From an uncultured Candidatus Poseidoniales archaeon (GTDB taxonomy: Archaea; Thermoplasmatota; Poseidoniia; Poseidoniales; Thalassarchaeaceae): DNA of 64,000 bases. Both the position numbers and the translations under genes were made by a program. The stretch lies in NCBI GenBank assembly GCA_964645485.1, contig CAZXZO010000004.1:34352-98351 (forward strand), given 5' to 3'. The notes beneath the pieces were generated by a model. It saw only the letters and a program-made list of their open reading frames with translations. It was not told where the DNA came from and did no database searches. The stretch's first letter is position 1. Every line of letters begins with the position of its first letter. Below, one piece after another: positions 10,008 to 19,503 of this stretch.

Positions 10008-10658
10008 ATGTCAATTCCTATTCAAGAAGATCAAGAGATGTATCTCAAAAAACTGTTTCAAATACATTTGATAGATAATACCGAACCAATTAGGACAAGT
10101 AGAATTGCCGAAGAGATGAATGTTTCAGCACCAAGTGCTAGTGAGATGCTAAAGCGGCTTGGACGCAAGGGATTTGTGAATTATGTTCCATACAAAGGAG
10201 TGACATTAACTCAACAAGGCATTGATGCGGCTAGCCGTGTTAAAAGAAGAGAAGCACTGATGGAGGTTTTTCTAGTTCAAATGTTGGATTTCAGAGGCGA
10301 TGTGAAAGATGTTGCATGCAGGTTGGAACACGCCCTAACAGATGAATTAGAATCTTCTATAGACCGGTTGCTTGGTTACCCAAGTCACACAATTGATGGT
10401 GATGAAATACCAGCGGCTAATAGAATGATTAGTAGTGATATTGAAGGTATATTATTACCACTTTCTGCTTTACCTGTGGGTTCTCCCGGTGTGGTAGAGT
10501 TGGTTGTTATCGATGGTATGGATGCTCGTACCCTTTCAGACATGGGATTAATGGTTGGGTCTAAGGTCCAAAATAATGGTGATGATTGGCAAGTCAATGG
10601 GGTGAGAATGAGCCTCTCAAACACACTCCAATCAAGAATATTGGTACGCACCGCTTAA
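10008..10658 (+). CDS. DtxR/MntR-family metal-dependent transcriptional regulator with FeoA-like C-terminus
   Basis: EMYLKKLF, SAPSASEMLKRL, YVPYKGVTLT..G, ACRLEHAL, LLGYPSHTIDGDEIP. Confidence 0.9.
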   Translation: MSIPIQEDQEMYLKKLFQIHLIDNTEPIRTSRIAEEMNVSAPSASEMLKRLGRKGFVNYVPYKGVTLTQQGIDAASRVKRREALMEVFLVQMLDFRGDVKDVACRLEHALTDELESSIDRLLGYPSHTIDGDEIPAANRMISSDIEGILLPLSALPVGSPGVVELVVIDGMDARTLSDMGLMVGSKVQNNGDDWQVNGVRMSLSNTLQSRILVRTA

Positions 10659-10701
10659 TTCGGAAGCAAAGACGCCTTGATATGGGATTGATGAGTCGGC
10701 G

Positions 10702-11718
10702 ATGCCGATGGCACGAGAGGTGGAAGAGTCCGACCCCGAGCAAGACGGGGTTCGTGAACGACTTCAAGCGATGGAATCTAAGATGAGAAAACTCTCTGAC
10801 CAGAGAAGGACTCACAACGAATCTGCTCGCACAAACGCCGATAAGAGAGATGCTGTTCAGAAGCAATATGGCTCTTTGCGTGAAGAAATTAAAGAAATTT
10901 TGGACTCTCAAAAAGAGGTGAGAGTTAAAGCGAAAATTCACCAAGCAAGAAGAGATGCAATCCAAGAACAACTTAGAAATTTATTTTCAAAGTCAAAATC
11001 AGCAAAATCAAATAGGGACAAATCAGTTGTTTTGCAACTTTCAGAGAAGAGTGCAGAAGCAGAACAAATTGAATTCCGTTTAGAAAGGGACGGGACTCTG
11101 AAATTGGATGCTGAAAACCGTCTTCACAAGAAATTGAAATCTCTAAAAAATGAAATCAAAGAACTTGAACCTCAAGTTCAGGCTGAGATGCGAATTAAAA
11201 TAGATATTAACGACCTTGAGGGTTCCATCGAGCAACTAAAAGCAGAAGCAGATGAAGAACACAAACAGATGGTTGCGTTTAATGATGAAGCGGATAAAAT
11301 CTGGGAAGAAGTAAAACCAAAATTCGATGAACGAGATTTCTTGAAGGCCGAAGGAGACAGACTTCACAATTCATTCGTTCAGTGTCGAAAGGATGCAGAT
11401 GCAGTACACCAACAAATTGAGGAATTAATGGCTCAGGTTACGTCTGCTCGTAAAGAATTACAAGGAATTAGAGATGAGAGATCATCATGGATTACTCTTC
11501 ACAACAAATCAGTTGAAGAATCAACTAGCACACCTCAGAAGAATGAGGAATTAGCAGACAATCTTGTCTCAAACCTGATGGGTTCCGGAGCGCTATCCCT
11601 AGGTGGGACCGCTGGCCGGGTGGCAGAAGATAGTAGTCGCTCAAACCACCGGAGAAAGGGACGGAAAACCACATTGGCAAGGCGAGGTAATCGCGGAAGT
11701 AGCAAAAAATCTGAGTAA
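10702..11718 (+). CDS. Archaeal coiled-coil protein (COG1340-like), paralog 4, with basic C-tail
   Basis: Heptad pattern; EQIEFRLERDGTLKLDAENRL; LMGSGALSLGG followed by R/K-rich tail. Confidence 0.75.
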   Translation: MPMAREVEESDPEQDGVRERLQAMESKMRKLSDQRRTHNESARTNADKRDAVQKQYGSLREEIKEILDSQKEVRVKAKIHQARRDAIQEQLRNLFSKSKSAKSNRDKSVVLQLSEKSAEAEQIEFRLERDGTLKLDAENRLHKKLKSLKNEIKELEPQVQAEMRIKIDINDLEGSIEQLKAEADEEHKQMVAFNDEADKIWEEVKPKFDERDFLKAEGDRLHNSFVQCRKDADAVHQQIEELMAQVTSARKELQGIRDERSSWITLHNKSVEESTSTPQKNEELADNLVSNLMGSGALSLGGTAGRVAEDSSRSNHRRKGRKTTLARRGNRGSSKKSE

Positions 11719-11829
11719 ATTAAATCACGCAGATGATGTGTTGATTAAAATTAATTTACTGTTACATTGATGCACCTTTGTTCAGTTCGGCATTAGTATA
11801 AAATATACGACTTTGACGGGGGCGCTCCG

Positions 11830-12072
11830 ATGAGAATAGGCGATGAAGCACCTCGACGTAGTTACGACCGTCAATGGGATGAAATTGAGGGCATGCTAGA
11901 GATTGCAGAAGAGCGTGGGGTTGAATGGCAAAGTTGGTTTGAGGAATGTCGTGATAATAGTGACAAAGAGGGTATGAAAGAAGCCGCTCGTAATTATAAG
12001 GCCCTTCAAGGGGTTATCAAATGCTTGAAATGGGTGCTTGGTGAAGAGGGTATAGACCACCCACTAGAGTGA
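11830..12072 (+). CDS. Small hypothetical helical protein (80 aa)
   Basis: Clean ORF, protein-like composition (EAARNYKALQGVIKCLKWVLG). Confidence 0.7.
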   Translation: MRIGDEAPRRSYDRQWDEIEGMLEIAEERGVEWQSWFEECRDNSDKEGMKEAARNYKALQGVIKCLKWVLGEEGIDHPLE

Positions 12073-12681
12073 ATATCCTACTCGCCATTATCGCAGCCCT
12101 CTTTGAATACGATTGGTCCGAGCGGTTTACTTCTCGGACATTCGTTCAATGGAAGACTTTGTTAACAAAATCGATTTCTAATGTTCTAACTTTGTTGATA
12201 ATCTCAACAAGCGCCGCTAGGGTGTAAGCACTTCGGCATCTTCGAACATTCAGGGCGACCTCTTCTTGGCCGCATGGGCATTCACATCACTGAAAACAAA
12301 TTCAATGGAACAAGTAGGGAATCCGTTTGAAAAATATTATTTCCGTGGAATCTAGTGCCCTTTCCCGGAAAGGCCCTATACGGTGAATTTTTTTACACTA
12401 ATCTGTTGCGCATTCTTTAGTCTGAGCCCCCGTAGGAAATACCCATCCCGCTGCGAGTAATTTAAGTTGGTTTGCCGCTGAAAGAGTAAAACGCTCAAAT
12501 TCGCAGAATTTCTTTTTTGATTAATAATAGAGTTGACGAGAGTCAGTTCAACGGAAGCAAATTATGGATTGGTGAGCGGCGAGAAAGCGACGTAGCAATG
12601 TTTTCTACAGATTGAGTAGAGAATAGCAATATTTTTGAGGGCTCAATTAAGTTTATAAATTGCATTGATTTAATTAATCCA

Positions 12682-14505
12682 ATGAGGCTCTGTATATTCT
12701 GCCTGACAATTTTAATCGGTTCTCTTGCTTTTCCACTGTTTGATTCTACATATATTTCAGAGAGTGAAAATAATCAACTCTCAATGAATAAAATGCATGG
12801 CGTACAGATAAATTCATCTGGAACTGATTCATCTTTTTTCTCATCATTATATCAACCAATTTTGATTGATGGAGGAGGTTTTCCAAAATTACTAGGTCAG
12901 TCTCATATTTTAGCTGCAGATATTCAACTCTCTAGCAATCAAATCTCAGTTATTTACAAAAACAATCAATATGACTTACTGCTATTTGAATCAAATCTGT
13001 TTAATTTTCCAGTAAACTCAAGTCATTTTTCTGGTTGGGTAATAAACGACCCATATTCAATTGTAACCTTAAGTTATGGTCAATATACAGATGACTTCAA
13101 TTTATACATATCAACTAGCGAAGGTAGGAACATATTCATTGAGGGTTGGAATCAAGAACTGCATGAACTGTTTGAGCTTACGGCTGACCATGATGAATTA
13201 ATTATTTATGATAATGAAGATATTATGGATGCTTCTAACATAGAATTTCAACCTTCTACGCCTAATTTTATTAATCAACGATATTTAACTTATGCATCCA
13301 ACGGAAATCAGGTGGTATTACCTGATACAAGTAAATTATTAAGGATTAAGATGATTCTAGATTCTTCATCATCTAGTAGTTGGTCAAAAATTAAAACTGC
13401 ATTAACATTTGCTAACGGGATTTTTGAAGGTGCCGCTGTTACTAAACTTTTTGTTGAACAGAGAGAAGATTTTACCAATTCAGAGGTACTTCAATTAGAT
13501 AGTAATGCTGATTGTGATGGCAACACCTTTAGATTAATTGACGACCTTCCAAACAATCCAAAAGCGGACGATTCAAGTTGGAACGCTTGGGGTAAAGGTG
13601 AGAGATTTGATGTAATTATCTACTACACTGAAGATTCTCATTTTGTATTTAAATCACCCATAATGGGATGTGCAAAGAGACCTGATAAGGGTATTCCTGC
13701 AATAAATAAAGCATTGAATGCTTACATTGATTCAGATAGTTGTTTTTCAAATAAGTGTTGGGCAATTATCCTGAGCCACGAAATTGGACATACTCTGACG
13801 CTAGAGCATAATGATGGGGATTGTAATTGGTATAGCAAAACGGTGATGTGCACACCATATTCTTTCATTTCATCAACCCTTACTTGGTCTGCTAATTCTA
13901 TTATCTACCTCACAAATGTGGATTTGAACAACGCAGCTGGATTAGCTTGGTTACGTCACTCTAGAGAAATTACCCAAGGTAATTTGTTAGTCGATTCACA
14001 ATCCATTTCACTTTCATATTTTAATATTGATGTTCTAAACCCTATGATTTTTTCTTGCGATGTTCTTTTTCGGGTAACTTATAACCTTCAACAACAGCCA
14101 AATTTAATGCCAAATAGTGTAGCGGAATTTTTTGTTGGTGTTCGTAGTTCTTATATCAGAGGTTTACCAGGTGAATGGGATATGTGGCAAGGTTATGATA
14201 GGCCTATAAATGGGCATTTCATACCCCCTGGAGGTTATCTTTGGGTGAGCGGCTGGATGAAAGCGAGGGACTTAGTGAATGTGGATCCGAGTATTTTAAT
14301 TACCTATGGATGCCAAATTAGCAAGCATAAATCCGACCAACAATTACATATTTTTCAACCCAAAAATGTAAATGACCCCCAATACTCACTTGTTCATTCT
14401 TGGAGCTTTTGGCCAGTTTACAATTTTGGTTCAACTTATCAACCACCCTATGCTCATTATTCAAATTTCATGGCCGCAGAAATTAATATATTTGTCTTAA
14501 ATTGA
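12682..14505 (+). CDS. Secreted zinc metallopeptidase, metzincin/M12B-like
   Basis: Signal peptide; HEIGHTLTLEH (HExxHxxxxxH, Gly replaced) followed by Met-turn KTVMC; low GC. Confidence 0.7.
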   Translation: MRLCIFCLTILIGSLAFPLFDSTYISESENNQLSMNKMHGVQINSSGTDSSFFSSLYQPILIDGGGFPKLLGQSHILAADIQLSSNQISVIYKNNQYDLLLFESNLFNFPVNSSHFSGWVINDPYSIVTLSYGQYTDDFNLYISTSEGRNIFIEGWNQELHELFELTADHDELIIYDNEDIMDASNIEFQPSTPNFINQRYLTYASNGNQVVLPDTSKLLRIKMILDSSSSSSWSKIKTALTFANGIFEGAAVTKLFVEQREDFTNSEVLQLDSNADCDGNTFRLIDDLPNNPKADDSSWNAWGKGERFDVIIYYTEDSHFVFKSPIMGCAKRPDKGIPAINKALNAYIDSDSCFSNKCWAIILSHEIGHTLTLEHNDGDCNWYSKTVMCTPYSFISSTLTWSANSIIYLTNVDLNNAAGLAWLRHSREITQGNLLVDSQSISLSYFNIDVLNPMIFSCDVLFRVTYNLQQQPNLMPNSVAEFFVGVRSSYIRGLPGEWDMWQGYDRPINGHFIPPGGYLWVSGWMKARDLVNVDPSILITYGCQISKHKSDQQLHIFQPKNVNDPQYSLVHSWSFWPVYNFGSTYQPPYAHYSNFMAAEINIFVLN

Positions 14506-14506
14506 A

Positions 14507-15058
14507 ATGGTGATTATTATCAATAATATATATGTATTCAGTATACTTGCACTGTTACTGTTGTTTTCACCGGGCTGTTTTAGTAATGACGAGCAAGAAG
14601 ATCCAGAAACATTTGTCACACTAGATATTAGTGTTGTGAATCCGATTGGTGAAACCATCTATCTTCTAGTACCGGAACCTAATTATGAGATTACTGAAAA
14701 ATTCATCAATGATCATCAAAATATTACTTCGGTTGTTCATAAACAAAAGGATTATCTGAAAATTGAAATAAATGAAAATACCAGTTATCGTTCATCTTTT
14801 AGTTCAGCCTTTAAAGGCAAATATTATTGGGGTGGTGAATTTCATTCAACTCAACACCCGAATACATTTTACACTATGGATAATGTATCTAGTTATTCAG
14901 ATTCTGACGAAGAAACATCGATCATTTTTCAGATGAGAATTGGAGGGACTGATGGTGACCCTTTGGCCGGTTGCAGGGATGCAATACTCTCTGCTGAATT
15001 GGTGGTTGGTGAATCTAAAATGGTGCCGTATATTATTCCTGAATGTATGTCGGCTTGA
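14507..15058 (+). CDS. Putative lipoprotein
   Basis: Hydrophobic N-terminus ending in lipobox-like FSPGC; starts 2 nt after the peptidase stop; low GC. Confidence 0.6.
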   Translation: MVIIINNIYVFSILALLLLFSPGCFSNDEQEDPETFVTLDISVVNPIGETIYLLVPEPNYEITEKFINDHQNITSVVHKQKDYLKIEINENTSYRSSFSSAFKGKYYWGGEFHSTQHPNTFYTMDNVSSYSDSDEETSIIFQMRIGGTDGDPLAGCRDAILSAELVVGESKMVPYIIPECMSA

Positions 15059-15548
15059 AAAAAATATTAGTATTTTTCAATTTCATTTTTCAAACATTTA
15101 TACGTAGAATCTCTTACTACGAGTTAACTCATTGATGTTCTGAATATTTAATTTCTCACTTTACCAAAACCATCTACCCGTAGGGCAAATCATTAGAGAA
15201 AGGTTTTCCTGGCACAATCAAATTTACAACATGAATTAACAGAAGACGGAATACAGACTTAACCACCCAAATACGCCCGAAGGGTCAACAATTGAGGTAA
15301 GAATTTTCTTGACTTTATCATAATGCGAATAATCTCAATCGATTCAGCAATGGGGCTTCTCACCCATTTCTGAATCTTGCACAGAATAAATGTCTGAGGC
15401 CTAGGGGCCGAAGACTGAGTTGGACTAAAATTCGAAGCGTTCGTTGTCATAAGATTACAATCGGCATGAGGTTTGCTCAGAAGGAGGCGGTAGCCCCCTT
15501 TAGAACCAACATTGATGAGTAGGACACCGGTCGCACGGTTTAGTTCAC

Positions 15549-16532
15549 ATGGCTATTGACATGACAGAGATGCGACACGGCACAGAACTGCTGAAGCGAG
15601 GATTCGCAAAAATGCAGGAAGGCGGCGTCATAATGGATGTTGTAACACCCGAGCAAGCACAGATTGCAGAAGATGCCGGCGCAACTTCAGTGATGGCGCT
15701 AGAACGTGTGCCATCCGATATACGAGCTGACGGTGGTGTAGCCCGAATGAGTCACCCTGATCTTATCAGAGGAATCATTGAGACAACTTCTATTCCAGTA
15801 ATGGCAAAGGCTAGAATCGGGCACAGTGAAGAGGCCAGAGTTTTGGAAGCACTTGGCGTTGATATGGTGGATGAATCAGAGGTGCTGACTCCAGCAGACC
15901 CATTTTATCACATCCCAAAAAACGATTTCACCATTCCTTTTGTCTGTGGGTGCACCAACCTTGGTGAGGCTGTTAGGCGTATATTCGAGGGTGCTGCTAT
16001 GATGCGTACGAAGGGCGAAGCAGGAACTGGAAATGTGGTTTGTGCGATGCAACACGCAAGATTGGTTGCTCAAGAAATTGATTGGCTCCAAAGATGTGAC
16101 GAGGAAGATTATTCATTTGCTGTTGAGCAAATTGTTGAAGGTTTCCTCAAAATGGAATATGAAAGTGAGTTGGCGATTGAACTGGCTAGCACACCGTTTG
16201 GCACAGTTGACGAATGCATTGCAGGAGTTGAGGAGATTCTTGAGGATGTCAAGCGAATGGGGCGCCTACCAGTTGTCACTTTTTCTGCTGGAGGGATTGC
16301 AACACCAGCGGATGCGGCATTATTGATGCAGACTGGTATGGATGGGATTTTTGTTGGTTCTGGGATCTTCAAGTCAGAAGACCCAGTGACAACTGCGCAA
16401 GCGATTGTGCATGCAACTCATCATTTCAATGACCCTGAAAAGATTGCTGAAGCATCTACGATGATGGTTAATCCAATGCCTGGTCTTGAGATTGAATCTC
16501 TAGATGTCAGGATGGATCAGCGCGGCAATTGA
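15549..16532 (+). CDS. pdxS: Pyridoxal 5'-phosphate synthase lyase subunit
   Basis: [85 protein letters not shown]. Confidence 0.97.
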   Translation: MAIDMTEMRHGTELLKRGFAKMQEGGVIMDVVTPEQAQIAEDAGATSVMALERVPSDIRADGGVARMSHPDLIRGIIETTSIPVMAKARIGHSEEARVLEALGVDMVDESEVLTPADPFYHIPKNDFTIPFVCGCTNLGEAVRRIFEGAAMMRTKGEAGTGNVVCAMQHARLVAQEIDWLQRCDEEDYSFAVEQIVEGFLKMEYESELAIELASTPFGTVDECIAGVEEILEDVKRMGRLPVVTFSAGGIATPADAALLMQTGMDGIFVGSGIFKSEDPVTTAQAIVHATHHFNDPEKIAEASTMMVNPMPGLEIESLDVRMDQRGN

Positions 16533-16567
16533 TTGTTTATATTCAAGGAATAGATGACAATATTCCT

Positions 16568-17185
16568 TTATTCTTCGTTTTCGAACTCACCCAAATATTC
16601 AATTGCGGTTTCAAGGATTGATATGTCGTCTTTGAAACGCCCTAGCCCAGTGTTACAACTATCGCAAATCCATCCTCTCCCTTTCCCTGTTTGATGGTCA
16701 TGGTCCATGCGAGGAGGTGCTCTCATATTTTCAACGATGTACAATTTTCTACAAATGGGGCATGTCCAAATTCCGTTTGGTTTAGTTTTCCTCATTCTCT
16801 TCTTTTCAGTTGCAGACATACTAACCCCATCTATTGTTGCTCTACAATCTATGCATGAAGGACGATATGTATGTCTTCCTTTGCTATCAGTTTGATTTCG
16901 GTCAAACTCTGTTCTTCTGTCTTTCAAAATGTAGCAGCGGTCACACACTTTTCTGTCATGACAAGTACAGATTCCATCGCAAGTTGTGCATGGATGAGTT
17001 TTTTTCTTGCCGGTTTCATGAATATCAAATTCTTCTACTTGTTGGGGTTCTACTTGCACAAGGCGAGATTCATTAATGAAGAAAATTTCTAAGTTTCCAT
17101 TTGTTAATTTACCTCTGTATTGTCCTACAGAGTTTAGTCTTACATCCAGTACATCAACTGCTCTGAAATATCTCCACTGAGTCAC
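16568..17185 (-). CDS. Type II restriction endonuclease, Hpy99I family (beta-beta-alpha-Me/HNH, zinc-binding)
   Basis: NQTDSKGRHTYRPSCIDCR, CPIC, DHDHQTGKGRGWICDSCNTGLGRFKDD match recalled Hpy99I segments; directly downstream of a methyltransferase. Confidence 0.85.
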   Translation of the reverse strand: MTQWRYFRAVDVLDVRLNSVGQYRGKLTNGNLEIFFINESRLVQVEPQQVEEFDIHETGKKKTHPCTTCDGICTCHDRKVCDRCYILKDRRTEFDRNQTDSKGRHTYRPSCIDCRATIDGVSMSATEKKRMRKTKPNGIWTCPICRKLYIVENMRAPPRMDHDHQTGKGRGWICDSCNTGLGRFKDDISILETAIEYLGEFENEE

Positions 17186-17226
17186 AAAACGGTCAGAATT
17201 GGCGACCTATTTAACTGCCGGGTAAA

Positions 17227-18063
17227 TTATTCAAACTCGATACCTAATTTGGTTTGAGCCTTCAGCTCCTTTTCAAAATTACCGACACGTTCAGTTGCAA
17301 TCTCAATGTATTCTTCGGATATGTCAGTTCCAATGTAATTACGCCCATGTTTAACAGCCATCTTTGGAGTTGTACCTGAACCACACATTGGGTCAAAAAC
17401 CAAGTCACCTTCGTTAGTCCAAGATAAGATGTGATCTTCCGCTAATTTTTCGGGGAAAACTGCTGGGTGTTGGAAGGCGATTTTATCGCTTGTGGTGCCG
17501 TGCAATCCAACAGCGTAATCCCAAATATTTGTACGTGTTTTTGTGTTATTTAACTTGCCTAACGTCTTTTTGTTTACTCCGTCAGACCCCTTGTTAAAAG
17601 GCATCATTTCCATTCCTTGCCTAACCGTTTGGTCGGTAAGAGGATTGAAGGTATTTGGTTTCCCTTTAGTGAAGACATGCATGTACTCGTAACAATTTGT
17701 ATAAGCATTTGAACGCATAAATGGTGTGTTCTTTTTGCGATAAATCATGATATCATGTGCATTAAAGCCCAATTCTTGGAAGTATAGTGCTTGTCGAAAA
17801 CTGGTAAGTGAACGATTTCCTTTGTGAATTCTGTCTCCTACAACCCACACAACAACGCCGCCTTCCTTAGTGACTCGGTACAATCCCTGTGCTATGCCTT
17901 CAAAGTCAAATGAATATCCTTTGTAATCTCGAAGATTGTCATAGGGTGGAGAGGTGACTGTAAGGTCAACCGAGTTTTCATCCATCTTTTCCATGAATTC
18001 AACACAGTTGGTGGCAATGAGTCTATTCACTTGCATTCCCAACACCGCATCCTGTCTCATCAT
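17227..18063 (-). CDS. Amino-DNA methyltransferase, beta class (likely N4-cytosine), cognate of the endonuclease
   Basis: Motif IV VTSPPYD near the N-terminus; HPAVFPEKLAEDHILSW and motif I VFDPMCGSGTT near the C-terminus. Confidence 0.92.
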   Translation of the reverse strand: MMRQDAVLGMQVNRLIATNCVEFMEKMDENSVDLTVTSPPYDNLRDYKGYSFDFEGIAQGLYRVTKEGGVVVWVVGDRIHKGNRSLTSFRQALYFQELGFNAHDIMIYRKKNTPFMRSNAYTNCYEYMHVFTKGKPNTFNPLTDQTVRQGMEMMPFNKGSDGVNKKTLGKLNNTKTRTNIWDYAVGLHGTTSDKIAFQHPAVFPEKLAEDHILSWTNEGDLVFDPMCGSGTTPKMAVKHGRNYIGTDISEEYIEIATERVGNFEKELKAQTKLGIEFE

Positions 18064-18126
18064 TTAGTTGAGGGTAGTTAAGCCTTGAGTGATTTCTTAT
18101 CCTCTTGACCAACTGTTCACCTCAAA

Positions 18127-18627
18127 TCAAGGCCTTTCGTAAGTAGCGAATGCCATATCAAACGGGTTCTTGTCATCAGCCCTTCTTGTTTCCCGTGTGA
18201 TTTCTTCCCAGTCGTCCCAGTTTATGTAAGGGAACCAAGTGTCTCCACCGCCAACTTTTGCCTTCACATGGGTTACTAATAATCTATCACAGCGATTGAG
18301 CATGGTAGCATAAATTGCACCACCTCCAATAACCCAAGCCCAGCCATCTATTCCAGCATCAATTGCTGAAACTTCTAGAGCATCTGAGATGTCGTGTACT
18401 ATCTCAACACCCTCAACAAACCAGTCCATGTCACGAGTGAGTACCACGTTAAGCCGACCGGGTAACGGCCGCCCAATGGCCTCGTAGGTTTTTCTCCCCA
18501 TTATTATCGGGCAACCCATAGTTGAGCGTTTGAAATGTGCTAAATCGGCTGGGAGATTCCAAGGCATAACACCGTCACGCCCGATAACCCCATCTTCATC
18601 CATTGCCACAATCATTCCTAGCTTCAT
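18127..18627 (-). CDS. folA: Dihydrofolate reductase (bacterial type)
   Basis: IVAMDEDGVIG....MPWNLPADLAHFK, IMGRKTYEAIGRPLPGRLNVVLTR, WVIGGGAIY, GDTWFP; ATG at 18627 with GAGGTGA upstream. Confidence 0.95.
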   Translation of the reverse strand: MKLGMIVAMDEDGVIGRDGVMPWNLPADLAHFKRSTMGCPIIMGRKTYEAIGRPLPGRLNVVLTRDMDWFVEGVEIVHDISDALEVSAIDAGIDGWAWVIGGGAIYATMLNRCDRLLVTHVKAKVGGGDTWFPYINWDDWEEITRETRRADDKNPFDMAFATYERP

Positions 18628-18637
18628 CTTTTTCACC

Positions 18638-19432
18638 TCATACGCTAATCGGGGCCCTGATATGTGGATGGTGATTGTAATCCACAATTTCGATATCATC
18701 ATAAGAAAAATCATCGATTTCAGTACATTCTGGATTGAGTTTCAACTTAGGTAATTCTAATGGGACCCTTCCAACTTGCTCTCTTGCTTGCTCAAGATGA
18801 TTCAAGTAAAGGTGAGCATCGCCAATAGTGTGAATGAAATCTCCTGGTTTCAAGCCACAAACTTGGGCCATCATACAAGTTAGCAAACTGTATGACGAGA
18901 TATTGAATGGCACTCCTAAAAATACGTCTGCACTACGCTGATAAAGTTGGCAGGATAATTCACCATTTGCAACGTAAAATTGGAAGAATGCATGGCAGGG
19001 CATCAGTGCCATATCATCTAATTCACCTACATTCCAAGCAGACACAATGATTCTTCGTGACCCTGGGTTTTCTCGTAGTTGGGCAACGGCTTCCTTTATT
19101 TGGTCAACAACTCGGCCATCATTTCCTTCCCAAGCACGCCATTGTTTGCCATATACTGGGCCAAGGTCGCCATTCTCATCAGCCCACTCGTTCCATATTC
19201 TGACTTTGTTGTCAGTCAAATAGCGGGTGTTTGTATCACCTGACAAAAACCAGAGTAGTTCGTGAATGATTGACGGCCAGTGAACTCGCTTGGTGGTGAT
19301 AGCGGGAAACCCTCTTCTCAAGTCGTATCTTGATTGGTGCCCGAACACAGAAATTGTGCCAGTTCCTGTTCTATCATCACGCTCTACACCCTCTTGAAGG
19401 ATGAGTTTGAGTAGATGCTGATACTGGTCCAT
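18638..19432 (-). CDS. thyA: Thymidylate synthase (enterobacterial-like, 264 aa)
   Basis: [67 protein letters not shown]. Confidence 0.97.
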   Translation of the reverse strand: MDQYQHLLKLILQEGVERDDRTGTGTISVFGHQSRYDLRRGFPAITTKRVHWPSIIHELLWFLSGDTNTRYLTDNKVRIWNEWADENGDLGPVYGKQWRAWEGNDGRVVDQIKEAVAQLRENPGSRRIIVSAWNVGELDDMALMPCHAFFQFYVANGELSCQLYQRSADVFLGVPFNISSYSLLTCMMAQVCGLKPGDFIHTIGDAHLYLNHLEQAREQVGRVPLELPKLKLNPECTEIDDFSYDDIEIVDYNHHPHIRAPISV

Positions 19433-19503
19433 ACTGACGCCGGCATCAAGGGGGGAATTGACGCACTAAGAACAAATCGCATAACTTTCCCGATACACCG
19501 GGT

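Larger units (their letters stand above)
12682..15250. other. Low-GC island (probable horizontal acquisition)
   Basis: Hand-counted 60-nt lines give about 25-32% GC versus about 50% in a sampled pdxS line; long non-coding flanks on both sides. Confidence 0.6.

Noticed and set aside
14006-14016. Exact TTTCACTTTCA match
   Set aside because: Single copy inside the AT-rich peptidase CDS; shows that chance hits occur, so only the paired intergenic copies were reported
12073-18126. Prophage or integrative element spanning the island and R-M genes
   Set aside because: No integrase, transposase or viral hallmark gene; core pdxS lies between them; no terminal repeats found
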